DNA of 64,000 nucleotides from Tepidisphaeraceae bacterium (GTDB lineage Bacteria; Planctomycetota; Phycisphaerae; Tepidisphaerales; Tepidisphaeraceae): NCBI GenBank assembly GCA_035634055.1, contig DASQDR010000048.1, positions 35,492 to 99,491 of the forward strand, read 5' to 3'. Shown piece by piece: positions 9,735 to 18,653 of this stretch (position 1 is its first letter; each line of letters starts with the position of its first letter). The notes under the pieces were generated by a model. It saw only the letters and a program-made list of their open reading frames with translations, ran no database searches and was not told where the DNA came from. The position numbers and the translations under genes were made by a program.

Positions 9735-10790
9735 ATGGCTTACCTGATCTTCACGGCCAACGGCGAGGAGTACGACCGGCGCGAGCTGCGCGCCGGCCGG
9801 CCGCTCACCATCGGGCGCGCGCCCGACTGCGACGTCAGCGTCCACGACATCATCCTCTCCCGCCACCACTGCCGCATCGAGCAGGACGCCGACGGCAAAT
9901 GGGTCGTCGCCGACCTGCACAGCAAGAACGGCACGCACTACCTCGGGCACAAGATCGAGCGGCACGTGCTCCGCGAGGCGGACGAGCTGCGCATCGGTCG
10001 GACGCGGCTGACGTTCAAGGCGGGCGCGTACGCCCCGTCGCCGAACGTGCGCAAGCGCGCGGTCGTCCGCCCGAGCGACCCGAAGGAAGCGCTGGCCGGC
10101 ACCGTCACCGGCATGGTCGTCTGCGAGCCGGGCGAGACCGAGAAGTACGAGGCAATGCCCTTCCCGCAGCCCCGGCCCAGCGACCCGTCGTCCTACGCGC
10201 GCGACGGCGTGTACGGCATGATCAACGAGATCATCAGCAGCTCGTGGGACTCGATCCAGGCGCAGGCGAGCCAGCCCACGCGCATGCAGCGCGCGATGCC
10301 GGTGCCGGCGGTGACCAAGGCGCAGCGCGGCGCCATCCAGCCGAAGCCGCGCGTGTCGTTCGCGCTCCAGGCGCACGGCGACGCCGAGCCCTCCGGCACC
10401 AAACCGCCGGGCGCCAAGGCATCGTCCAAGGGGACGTCGCGACCGGGAGCAACCCTCGCCGCCGGCGGTCGGGTCAGGTCGGATCACGACCCGGTAGCGG
10501 CGCCTATGCGCCTCCACCCGCCGACGGCGCCGCCACGCCGCGGGCGGCGGCGGCGGTGGGTGGTGGCGGTTTCCACCCTGGTCGCCACGCTGCTGCTCGT
10601 GGTCGCGTGCGTGACGCTGATCCTCCAGACGGCGCCGCGGCCGATCCTGGAAGATCTGCCCCACCCGCCGGCCCGACAGCAGGGCGCGCGGCACGGCCGC
10701 TCGCCCGGCGCAGCTCCGCCCGCGCCCGCGCGATCGACCGATGCGATCGCCGGACTGGACCTGACCCCGTCGCACCTGCTCGGGCTGTAA
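9735..10790 (+). CDS. FHA-domain protein with C-terminal transmembrane anchor
   Basis: FHA signature MAYLIFTANGEEYDRRELRAGRPLTIGRAPDCDVSVHDIILSRHHCRIEQ...LHSKNGT. A single TM (VVAVSTLVATLLLVVACVTLIL) lies near the C-terminus. Confidence 0.85.
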   Translation: MAYLIFTANGEEYDRRELRAGRPLTIGRAPDCDVSVHDIILSRHHCRIEQDADGKWVVADLHSKNGTHYLGHKIERHVLREADELRIGRTRLTFKAGAYAPSPNVRKRAVVRPSDPKEALAGTVTGMVVCEPGETEKYEAMPFPQPRPSDPSSYARDGVYGMINEIISSSWDSIQAQASQPTRMQRAMPVPAVTKAQRGAIQPKPRVSFALQAHGDAEPSGTKPPGAKASSKGTSRPGATLAAGGRVRSDHDPVAAPMRLHPPTAPPRRGRRRRWVVAVSTLVATLLLVVACVTLILQTAPRPILEDLPHPPARQQGARHGRSPGAAPPAPARSTDAIAGLDLTPSHLLGL

Positions 10791-11023
10791 CGTCGCACGG
10801 CATTGCAGGCCGCCGGCGCCCCGCGCGCGGGCGAGGCGTTAATCTAGGCGAAACGCGTTGGCGGCGGGCGTCGTTCCTTCTCCTGCATGCCGGCGAGCTG
10901 CGGGCGCGCTGCCGCACCGGATTCGGCAACGCCTGCCGGCCTCCGTGATGCCGGTCACGCCCCGTGGCAGCGGCTGAAACATGCCGTGACGCGCGGGGGC
11001 GACTTGTGGAGAATCCCGGCTTG

Positions 11024-12670
11024 ATGACGTCCCACGTGCTGTCGCCCGCCCTTGCCCCACCGGTCGCCACGACGGCGCGCCCCGAGCCGCGCCCGTGGGT
11101 GCAGAGCTGGCGCGCGCTGGCGGCGGTGGCGTTCGGGTCGGCGCTGGCGCTGGCGGTGCACGGGTACCAGTTCGGCAAGAGCAACCACGGCGTCTACCTG
11201 CTCGACGCCATGCGCGACGCCCGCCCGGAACTGCTCGCCAACGACTGGTTCACCACGCAGACCCTCCAGTACCACGCCGCCTTCGGCCTGCTCACGCGCG
11301 TGCTCTACGAGGCGGACCTGATCGCGCCGGTTTTCCTCGCCGGCTACCTGGCGCTAATCGTGCTGCTGCACGTAGCGTGGTGGCGGATGGTGCGGGCGCT
11401 GGGGGGCGGCGGCGCGGCGTTCGTGGTTTCCGCGGCGCTGTTTTACCTGCTGGCCGGGGGGACCGGGCTGGGGATGTACCAGTTCCTCCAGGACAGCGCG
11501 TTCCTCCCCAGCAACATTGCCGCCGTCGCCATGCTCTGGGCGATCGCGCTCTGGCTCGGCGGAAGCCGCGCCGCCGCCGGCGCGTGCCTCGGGGTCGCGG
11601 GGCTGTTTCACCTGAACTTCGCGCTGGTCGGCGTGGTGCTGTGGGGATCGCTGAATTTGCTGGAGCTGCGGCGAGGCGGCCAAGCGTGGCGCCAGCGCTG
11701 GTTTTGGATCGGCTCGGCCGCGGCGCTGCTGCCGTCGCTGGTCAACATCGCCTTGGCGCTGCGCGCCACCGCCAGCCGGAGCAACCGCATGCCGCTGGCG
11801 GAGTTCGTCGACCTTTACGTCCGACTGCGCCACCCGCACCACTACGACCCGTCGAGCTGGCCGGCGTGGCTGTGGATCACGTTCGCCTTGCCGCTGCCGC
11901 TGGCGGCGCTGGCGTACGCGCGGCTCGCCGGCGCGCCGCGGGTGACGCGCGCGTGGCGCGAGGCGGCGCTAATCTGCGGCCTGTTCGCGCTGATGCTGGT
12001 CGTCGCGCTGCTCGGCGCGGGCCTGACCTTCGTCAGCGAGACGCTCGTGCAGGCGAGCCTGTACCGATTCAGCATCTTCCCCAAGCTGCTCGCGTGCGCC
12101 GCCGCCGCCCTGCTCATCACCGACGTCGCCCGCGCCCGCAGCCGGCACGCGCCGCGGGCAATCGTGGCGGCGGCGGCGGCGATTGGCGCCGGCATCATCG
12201 CCGGGTGCGTCCACCGCGGGCCGTACCTCGGCCTCTTCCGCGTCGTGCACGAGGAGCCGGCGTTCGTCGCGGCGTGCGCGTCGGTGCGCGCTAGGACGCC
12301 GGTGGACGCCGTCTTCGTCGTCCCGCCCAACGAGCAGGACTTCCGCCTCGGCGCCCAGCGGGCGGTGGTGGTGGATTTCAAGGGCGTCCCGCAGCTCAGC
12401 GCGGAGCTGTCGCAGTGGCGCGACCGGTTGCAGGCGGTGCTGGACCTCCCGGACCTGCGCGTGCTGCCGCGGCCGTTCCCCGCGACGCTGCGGGCGATCC
12501 GCGACCGCTACCAGAAGCTCCCGCCCGAGCACCTCGCCGCCGTCGCCCGCCGCTACGGCGCCCGCTACCTCTTCCTGGCCCACCGCCTGCCCGAGCAGTG
12601 GGAGCCGCTGCGCGTGGACCTGGATGGCAACACGTCGCGCTTTTTGTATGATCTTGACCGCCAACGCTAG
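11024..12670 (+). CDS. Polytopic membrane protein with C-terminal soluble domain (glycosyltransferase-C-like architecture, unassigned)
   Basis: About 11-12 hydrophobic helices followed by a soluble domain of about 150 aa (FVVPPNEQDFRLGAQRAVVVDFKGVP...). The start at the ATG at 11024 is a guess. Confidence 0.7.
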   Translation: MTSHVLSPALAPPVATTARPEPRPWVQSWRALAAVAFGSALALAVHGYQFGKSNHGVYLLDAMRDARPELLANDWFTTQTLQYHAAFGLLTRVLYEADLIAPVFLAGYLALIVLLHVAWWRMVRALGGGGAAFVVSAALFYLLAGGTGLGMYQFLQDSAFLPSNIAAVAMLWAIALWLGGSRAAAGACLGVAGLFHLNFALVGVVLWGSLNLLELRRGGQAWRQRWFWIGSAAALLPSLVNIALALRATASRSNRMPLAEFVDLYVRLRHPHHYDPSSWPAWLWITFALPLPLAALAYARLAGAPRVTRAWREAALICGLFALMLVVALLGAGLTFVSETLVQASLYRFSIFPKLLACAAAALLITDVARARSRHAPRAIVAAAAAIGAGIIAGCVHRGPYLGLFRVVHEEPAFVAACASVRARTPVDAVFVVPPNEQDFRLGAQRAVVVDFKGVPQLSAELSQWRDRLQAVLDLPDLRVLPRPFPATLRAIRDRYQKLPPEHLAAVARRYGARYLFLAHRLPEQWEPLRVDLDGNTSRFLYDLDRQR

Positions 12671-12707
12671 TTGGCGCGCGCGCGCACGTGCGGAAGGAGG
12701 ACCCGCG

Positions 12708-12989
12708 GTGGACGATGACGAGAAGCAATTGCGGCAGGTGCTGCTGCACCACTACGGCATCCGGATCGGGCCGCACATGAGCCGCTACGTCATCCTCCGG
12801 CTCAAGCAGGCGGGCGACGCGCTGCGCGAGTTGCCAGTAATCGGCGGCGAGGCCCGGACCGGACTACCGGTGCGAACGCTGGTCGATCCGTCCGCCCTGC
12901 GGGGCCCCGATGCCTTGCTGCGCCCGCCCGCGGCCACAGCAAGCGCCGCCGCGGCAGCGCCCACACCGCTCGAGCCGGCGCGCGCATGA
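12708..12989 (+). CDS. Small hypothetical protein (93 aa), translationally coupled to downstream GHMP kinase
   Basis: GGAAGGAGG lies 8 nt upstream of the GTG at 12708. GC3 is high. The stop TGA overlaps the next gene's ATG (ATGA at 12986-12989). Confidence 0.55.
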   Translation: MDDDEKQLRQVLLHHYGIRIGPHMSRYVILRLKQAGDALRELPVIGGEARTGLPVRTLVDPSALRGPDALLRPPAATASAAAAAPTPLEPARA

Positions 12990-13987
12990 TCATCACCACC
13001 CACGCCTTCGCCCGCGCCGGGCTGGTCGGCAACCCTTCCGACGGGTACTTCGGCAAGACGATCGCCTTCACCATCCGCAACTTCCGCGCGACGGTGCACC
13101 TCTGGGAGAGCCCGCACTTCGAGATCGTCCCCACCCACGGCGACTTCGCCCGCTTCGGAAACGTCCGAGCGTTTCTCCGCGACGTGAAGCTCAACGGCTA
13201 CTACGGGGGGCTGCGGTTGCAGAAGGCGACCGTCAAGAAGTTCCACGAGTGGTGCGACCGCAACGACGTCGAGCTGCACGACCGCAACTTCACCCTCTCG
13301 TTCGAGAGCGACATCCCCCGCCTGGTCGGCTTGGCCGGTAGCAGCGCCATCATCACCGCCACGCTGCGCGCGCTAACGCGGTTTTACGAGGTGACGATCC
13401 CGCAGCACCTGCTGCCCGGGCTCATCCTCTCGGTGGAGCGCGAGGAGCTGAACATCCAGGCCGGCCTGCAGGACCGCGTGATCCAGACCTACGAGGGGAT
13501 CGTCTACATGGATTTCGACCGCAAGCTGCTCGAGGGGCGCGGCTACGGCGAGTACCACGAGCTCAAGCCCCCCAGGCTCCCGCCGCTCTACGTGGCGTTC
13601 GACCCGGACCGCGCCGAGATCAGCGACATCCCGCACCGCAACCTGCGCGAGCTGTTCAACCGCGGTGACCCCACGGTGGTCGGCGCGATGCAGCAGTACC
13701 GCGACCTGACCGACCGCGGGCGCGACGCGCTGATGAGCGGCGACTGGGACGCGCTGCACAAGGTGACCAACGAGAACTTCGACCTCCGGCGCAAGATCAT
13801 GCCCATCGCGCCGGAGAACCTCCGCATGGTCGAGGTCGCGCGCGCCACCGGCGCCAGCGCCAAGTTCGCCGGCAGCGGCGGCGCGATCTGCGGCCTTTAC
13901 CACGACGGGCGGCAGTACCAGGAACTGGTCGACGCCTTGGCCGCCATCCGCTGCACGGTCCTGCGCCCGCTGATCTACGAGGCGTGA
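12986..13987 (+). CDS. GHMP-family sugar/small-molecule kinase
   Basis: GHMP motif II PRLVGLAGSSAIITATLRAL and C-terminal GHMP_C-like AKFAGSGGAICGLY. Confidence 0.85.
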   Translation: MIITTHAFARAGLVGNPSDGYFGKTIAFTIRNFRATVHLWESPHFEIVPTHGDFARFGNVRAFLRDVKLNGYYGGLRLQKATVKKFHEWCDRNDVELHDRNFTLSFESDIPRLVGLAGSSAIITATLRALTRFYEVTIPQHLLPGLILSVEREELNIQAGLQDRVIQTYEGIVYMDFDRKLLEGRGYGEYHELKPPRLPPLYVAFDPDRAEISDIPHRNLRELFNRGDPTVVGAMQQYRDLTDRGRDALMSGDWDALHKVTNENFDLRRKIMPIAPENLRMVEVARATGASAKFAGSGGAICGLYHDGRQYQELVDALAAIRCTVLRPLIYEA

Positions 13988-14014
13988 TTCGGCTACACTG
14001 CCGCCGAGGCGACC

Positions 14015-14251
14015 ATGGCATCCGTTGCTGTAGAACTCATTCCCGATCACGACGAGGGCGGCTTCACGGCCCGCGTTCCGGACATCCCCGCCTACGGCGA
14101 AGGCGCGACCGAGGAAGGCGCAATCGCCGACCTGAAGCTCGCGCTCGCCGGCTACATCGAAGCGTTCGGTCTGGAGGACGCGCTCTCGCGCATCGTGAGC
14201 CCGACCGTCCGCCACCTGGATTGGGATCTTGCCGAGCTCGCGCGTGCGTAA
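14015..14251 (+). CDS. hicB: HicB-like antitoxin (UPF0150 fold only, no DNA-binding domain)
   Basis: MASVAVELIPDHDEGGFTARVPDIPAYGEGATEEGAIADLKLAL is typical of the HicB N-terminal domain. It overlaps the downstream HicA-like frame by 8 nt. Confidence 0.8.
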   Translation: MASVAVELIPDHDEGGFTARVPDIPAYGEGATEEGAIADLKLALAGYIEAFGLEDALSRIVSPTVRHLDWDLAELARA

Positions 14252-14475
14252 GCTGCCGCGCCCCACCGGCCGCGAGATGGTCGGATTCCTGGAGCAACAG
14301 GGACTTCACGTCATCCGTATCAGCGGCTCACACCACTTTATGGACGACGGAAGGCAACGCCGAACGACGGTCCCCGTTCACGGGGGTCAGACGCTGAAGA
14401 TTGGCACGCTCCGCAGCATCCTCCGCGACCGTGCAACTGACGCCGGCGGAGTTCGAACGCCTGTGGCACGCGTGA
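14244..14475 (+). pseudogene. hicA: HicA-family mRNA interferase toxin with a 1-nt frame disruption near the 3' end
   Basis: VRKLPRPTGREMVGFLEQQGLHVIRISGSHHFM...TVPVHGGQTLKIGTLRSILRD is in one frame. The canonical C-terminus VQLTPAEFERLWHA* (14431-14475) is in the +1 frame. As written, the ORF instead runs on to 14738 into the convergent dehydrogenase gene. Confidence 0.7.
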
Positions 14476-14505
14476 TCGCCGCGGGGACGCTGCGGAGGCA
14501 ACGCG

Positions 14506-15480
14506 CTACGCCGCCTTCGGCAGCGGTGGTTGGACGGTGGCGGCCACGCCGTTCAGGGAGACCACGCCCTTCATGTAGCTGCCGCCCTTGTTGGCGGCGG
14601 CGTACGCCAGCAGGTTGGGGTACTCGCTCAGCGGCACCACGTGCGAGATCAGCGGCGACAGGTCGATGTACCCGCGCTCCAGCATGCGGATGGCCGGCAT
14701 CCAGGGGTCGCGCTCCGCGCTGTTGGGGGCGGAGTTGACGACGGTGATGCCGTTCATGTGCCACAGATCGCCCGGGAAGTTCGGCGTGCCGTGGTTCCAG
14801 CCGAACAGGTTCAGCCGCCCGCCGTTCTTCACGATCTTGGACGACAAATCCAGCCCCGGCTGGCTGCCGGAGCAGTCGACGACGCAATCCAGCCACAGCT
14901 CGCGCAGCTTGGCGGCGTCCACTTCCTTGGCGTTGTAAACGTCGGTCGCGCCGAACTGCTTGGCGAGCTCGAGGCGGCGCGGGTCGACATCGATGCAGAC
15001 CAGCCGGTCGAGCAGCGAGTGCCCCAGCGCCTGCACGAGCATCAGCCCCATGAACCCGCAGCCGACGACGGCGACGCGGTCGCCGGCCTTCTGCTTGCAG
15101 TGATCGACGCCGGTGACGACGCAGGAGACCGGCTCGACAATCCAGTTCTGCGGCGCCTTGGCCGCGCGCTCGGGCAGGACAAACAGCCCCGCCGCGGGGC
15201 GCGTTACCCGTTCGGTGAAGCCCAGGCCAACGCCGGTGACGACGTCGCCCTCCTTCACGTTGGCTACGCCCGGGCCGACCTTGGCGACGCGACCGACGCC
15301 CTCGTGCCCTGGCCAGACCGGCCAGTCCACGCCGTTCTTGTAGACGTAGACGTCCCACGCGCAGACGCCGCAGGCGAGCCCGGCGATCTGCACCTCACCG
15401 AAGCCGGGCTCGGCGACGTCGACCTCGGTGAAGTCGACCTTTTCCTTCCCTGCGTAGTTGATGCTCCGGGCCTTGACCAT
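14506..15480 (-). CDS. Zinc-type medium-chain alcohol dehydrogenase/reductase
   Basis: GLACGVCAWD, GHEGVGRV and the Rossmann motif VVGCGFMGL. GGAGG lies 8 nt upstream of the ATG at 15480. Confidence 0.9.
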   Translation of the reverse strand: MVKARSINYAGKEKVDFTEVDVAEPGFGEVQIAGLACGVCAWDVYVYKNGVDWPVWPGHEGVGRVAKVGPGVANVKEGDVVTGVGLGFTERVTRPAAGLFVLPERAAKAPQNWIVEPVSCVVTGVDHCKQKAGDRVAVVGCGFMGLMLVQALGHSLLDRLVCIDVDPRRLELAKQFGATDVYNAKEVDAAKLRELWLDCVVDCSGSQPGLDLSSKIVKNGGRLNLFGWNHGTPNFPGDLWHMNGITVVNSAPNSAERDPWMPAIRMLERGYIDLSPLISHVVPLSEYPNLLAYAAANKGGSYMKGVVSLNGVAATVQPPLPKAA

Positions 15481-15801
15481 CGCGGGTGCCTCCTGTGGCT
15501 GGATGCGCGCGGCGCAGACGCCGCAATATTCAATCTTCGGCGCGGAGCGCCCCATAAGTTGAGCGATCGCCGGGCGAGCCGTTCCGCCAAGTGAGGCGGA
15601 TCACCATTGCCGCGCCGCGAAAATAATGGAGGGAAATGCAAGTGGCGGCGTTAAGCGGGCCGCCGCGAGTTCCGAAGTTAAGGGCAGGTGCTCCCGGGGA
15701 GATGATTTCCCGACCGCGGCGGGTTGCGTTTGCCGCGGTTTCGTCGGGCCGGCTGCTGTACGCCGGAGACACGCGAGTCGCCTGGCTTTTGCCGGAGGTG
15801 C

Positions 15802-16293
15802 ATGATGTCGTTGACCGCCCCCATTCTTGAACAGGCCCGTGAAGCCCTGCTCGAAGCCGCCAACCAGAAGCTGACGCTGCTGGGCGCGGTGAAGGAGCAA
15901 GGGCGCAAGATCGCCGAGCTCGAGCGCGAGGTCCAGAAGCAGGAGACCGGCCGGATGCAGGCCGAGCAGGCGCTGGCCGACGCGAAGATCGAGATCGAGT
16001 CGCTCCGCAGCCAGATCCCCGATAGCCGCTTCATCAACGCCTACGAGGCGCTGACCCAGTTCCTGACCGCGCCGTCGGAGGTCCACCCGGACCTGCGCAT
16101 CGCGGCCTACGCCGGCCGTGAGCCGGTTGCGTGCCGAGAGAAATCTCAGAGGGCGGAGGCGTTCGTGGGTCGCCTCCGCCCTCACCTTTTTTTGCGCACC
16201 CGCGCGTGGCTGGGCGGGCGCATCGTCGCCCATCGGTCGGGCTGCGCCGGTGATCAGATCGTCATCTCCGCGATGCGCTGCGCGGGCGCGTGA
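15802..16293 (+). CDS. Coiled-coil hypothetical protein (3' end doubtful)
   Basis: GGAGG lies 4 nt upstream of the ATG at 15802. High GC3 and heptad-like sequence (LLGAVKEQGRKIAELEREVQKQETGRMQAEQALADAKIEIESLRSQI) hold until about 16130. After that the frame degrades and passes through an intrinsic terminator. Confidence 0.5.
   Translation: MMSLTAPILEQAREALLEAANQKLTLLGAVKEQGRKIAELEREVQKQETGRMQAEQALADAKIEIESLRSQIPDSRFINAYEALTQFLTAPSEVHPDLRIAAYAGREPVACREKSQRAEAFVGRLRPHLFLRTRAWLGGRIVAHRSGCAGDQIVISAMRCAGA
16151..16193 (+). terminator. Intrinsic (probably bidirectional) terminator between convergent genes
   Basis: Stem GGGCGGAGGCG (16151-16161), loop ttcgtgggt, stem CGCCTCCGCCC (16171-16181), then tcaccTTTTTTT (T-run 16187-16193). 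The upstream flank is A-rich. Confidence 0.8.
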
Positions 16294-17456
16294 ACGACCA
16301 GGCGATCGCCGGGCGTCAAGATGGTTTCCGGCGGCGGCGGGGATTGCGTCGCCGACCCGTTCGTCCGCGCCAGCACGCGCGCGCCGTGCGACCGCTCCAC
16401 GTCATCGATGCGCCGCCCGACGAGGTGGCTGGCGTGCGGCAGCGTCACCTCGGCGGCGACGTGGCAGGCGCCGCCGATCATCAGCGACGACAACACCTTC
16501 GCCGCCCCCGCCGACGCCGCGTCCTTCGCCCCCGCCGTACCGCCGCCACCGCCCGCAGCGCCCCCGGCCGGTTGCAGCGCCATCGCCGCCACCACGCCGG
16601 CCGCCAGCGTGGACGTCGAGAACGCCACGTCCACGTTCATGGCGCCCGAAATCTTCCCCGCCACCTGCTCGTCGAACATCCGCATGACCACGCGCACGTC
16701 CGGGTTCATCCGCTTGGCGTCCAGCGCCACCTCGAGGTTTGACATCGCGTCGTTGGTGGCGATCACGATCGCGCGGGCGTGGCGGATGCCGGCGTCGATC
16801 AGCGTCTGGTCCGCCTTCATGTCTCCGAACACCACCGGCACGTTCAGCTCCGTCGCGCGCGAGACGAAGCGCCCCGCCTTGCGCCGCTCCAGCGCCACGA
16901 CGTCAACGCCGCCAGCGACCAGTTGCTCCACCACGCGGACGCCGAGGTGGCCGAGCCCGCAGACGACGACGTGATCGCGGAAGGTCGAGACCATGACGCG
17001 CACCCACTCCTTCTCGCCGCGGCGGCGGGACATCATCAGCAGCGCCAGCCGGACCACGCCCTCGCCGATCACGATCGCGCCGACCAGCGGGTAGAGGGCG
17101 CAGAGGACGGCGATCCACGCGGTGGGCGGCGGGTTGTAGAGGGGCTGGGCGAGCAGCGCCATCCACCCGCCGTACAAGCTGGTCGCCCATGATGGTCGCT
17201 GGCCGCCCACGGGCGTGAGGGCGAAGACGAGCGTGCCCACCGCCACCGCCACCGCCATCGCCGCCAGCGTCCAACGGAACTCGCGCACGAGCGCCAGGAC
17301 GTAGAGTGCAAACACCGCCACCGACCGCCGATGCCGCCGCGGCCGGGGTGCCGCTACGGCCGCCGCGACCGCGAAGGACGCATTAGGCGTGGTAGCCGGA
17401 GTCCTGCTCACGCGCACGATGATAAGCGACGACAAGAATTCCGCGTATCGGGTCAT
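16254..17456 (-). CDS. RCK/TrkA-domain potassium-channel-like protein
   Basis: N-terminal TM helices, TrkA-N Rossmann motif VVVCGLGHLGVRVVEQLVAGGVDVVALE and a TrkA-C-like C-terminus (ILTPGDRLVVHAPAQRI). The exact start is uncertain. Confidence 0.82.
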   Translation of the reverse strand: MTRYAEFLSSLIIVRVSRTPATTPNASFAVAAAVAAPRPRRHRRSVAVFALYVLALVREFRWTLAAMAVAVAVGTLVFALTPVGGQRPSWATSLYGGWMALLAQPLYNPPPTAWIAVLCALYPLVGAIVIGEGVVRLALLMMSRRRGEKEWVRVMVSTFRDHVVVCGLGHLGVRVVEQLVAGGVDVVALERRKAGRFVSRATELNVPVVFGDMKADQTLIDAGIRHARAIVIATNDAMSNLEVALDAKRMNPDVRVVMRMFDEQVAGKISGAMNVDVAFSTSTLAAGVVAAMALQPAGGAAGGGGGTAGAKDAASAGAAKVLSSLMIGGACHVAAEVTLPHASHLVGRRIDDVERSHGARVLARTNGSATQSPPPPETILTPGDRLVVHAPAQRIAEMTI

Positions 17457-17491
17457 CCCGGCGGCGTCTCATCCGCTCGAAGAAGCGGTGA

Positions 17492-17584
17492 GCCACGAAT
17501 GGACACGAATGGAGATTTCGCTTCATCGTCCTCCCGCCTGTCCAGGCTGCCGATCTATTCGTGTTCATTCGTGCCATTCGTGGC
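17492..17584. repeat. Hairpin element with CACGAAT/ATTCGTG tandem-unit arms
   Basis: The left arm gCCACGAATGgaCACGAATGg (17492-17512) is complementary to the right arm ctATTCGTGttcATTCGTGccATTCGTGGc (17555-17584). Intergenic between two minus-strand genes. Confidence 0.7.
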
Positions 17585-17613
17585 GAACGCCGCGGCGCGC
17601 GACTTGGCCGGCG

Positions 17614-18480
17614 TCACCCGATGCTCATGCCGCCGTCGACGAAAATGCTCTGGCCGGTGATGTAGCTGCCGGCGTCGCTGCAGAGGAGCAGCGCGAGGCC
17701 GGCCGCGTCGGCGGGCTCGCCGACGCGGCGCAGGGGAAGGTGGCGGGCGGCGCGGGCGCGGCCATCGGCGGTGCCAAGCTGCTCCTCGTTGCGGATCGTG
17801 TGGAAGTAGCCCGGCGCCAGCAGGTTGACCGTGATCCCGTCGGGGCCGAGGTCACGCGCCATCGCCGGCGTCATGTTCGCCAGCGCGGCTTTGCTGGCGG
17901 CGTAGGCGAGCATGTGCTGGTTGCCACGGAGCTGTTGGATCGAGCCGATGTGGATGATCCGCCCCCACCGCTGCGCGCGGAAGGTCGGCACCGCCTGCTG
18001 CGTGAGCAGCACCGGGAACAGCACGTTGGCGTGCATCGTCCGGTCGAAGTCCCGTTGGTCGACCGTCGTCCAGTGCAGGCGGGCCTGGATGGAGGCGTTG
18101 TTGACCAGGATGTGGAGCCCGCCGAGCTGCCGCCGCGTCTCGGCGACGAGCTTTGCGGGCAGCGAGAGGTCGGTGATGTCGCCGCCGAGCGCGATCGCGC
18201 GGCGAGGAGAGCCGGCGGCCGCGGCGGCGGTGGCTGCACTCTCGGCCACGGCGGCGCCCGCGGTGGCACTAGGGCCGACTGGCGCCGCTGCTTCGCTCGC
18301 GGCCGCGGCGTTGATCGCCTCCGCCTGCCGGCGCGCCTCGGCCTCGTCCAGGTCCTGGATCGCGACGGCGCACCCGGCCGACGCCAGCGCCTGCGCGATC
18401 GCCAGCCCGATCCCGCGCGCCGCGCCGGTGACGAGCGCGACGCGGCCGGCGAGGGTGAAGTCGGGTGTTTTCACGGCCAC
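17614..18480 (-). CDS. Short-chain dehydrogenase/reductase (FabG-like) with Ala-rich insert
   Basis: TGAARGIGLAIA, NNAS and YAASKAAL motifs. An Ala/Ser-rich insert follows the second beta-strand. The start is probably a GTG at 18480 or 18474. Confidence 0.85.
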   Translation of the reverse strand: MAVKTPDFTLAGRVALVTGAARGIGLAIAQALASAGCAVAIQDLDEAEARRQAEAINAAAASEAAAPVGPSATAGAAVAESAATAAAAAGSPRRAIALGGDITDLSLPAKLVAETRRQLGGLHILVNNASIQARLHWTTVDQRDFDRTMHANVLFPVLLTQQAVPTFRAQRWGRIIHIGSIQQLRGNQHMLAYAASKAALANMTPAMARDLGPDGITVNLLAPGYFHTIRNEEQLGTADGRARAARHLPLRRVGEPADAAGLALLLCSDAGSYITGQSIFVDGGMSIG

Positions 18481-18653
18481 AAATGCTACCCGCGGCCGCG
18501 CGGGAAACGCCACCGATCCGCGGCAAAATGCCACGCCCTCGACCGCCCGCCGCCGCGCCTTATCATGCGCGCAACGCCGCGGCGGTGACAACGGAAGCCG
18601 GCAGCAGCAGCAGCAGCGTTCTTCCGCCGCGTGACGAAGGAACGTTTTACACC

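Noticed and set aside
15601-16233. 210-aa minus-strand ORF opposite the coiled-coil gene
   Set aside because: It has poor composition (Arg/Ala/Leu-rich, no start context). The plus-strand frame has an SD, an ATG and heptad-like coiled-coil sequence.
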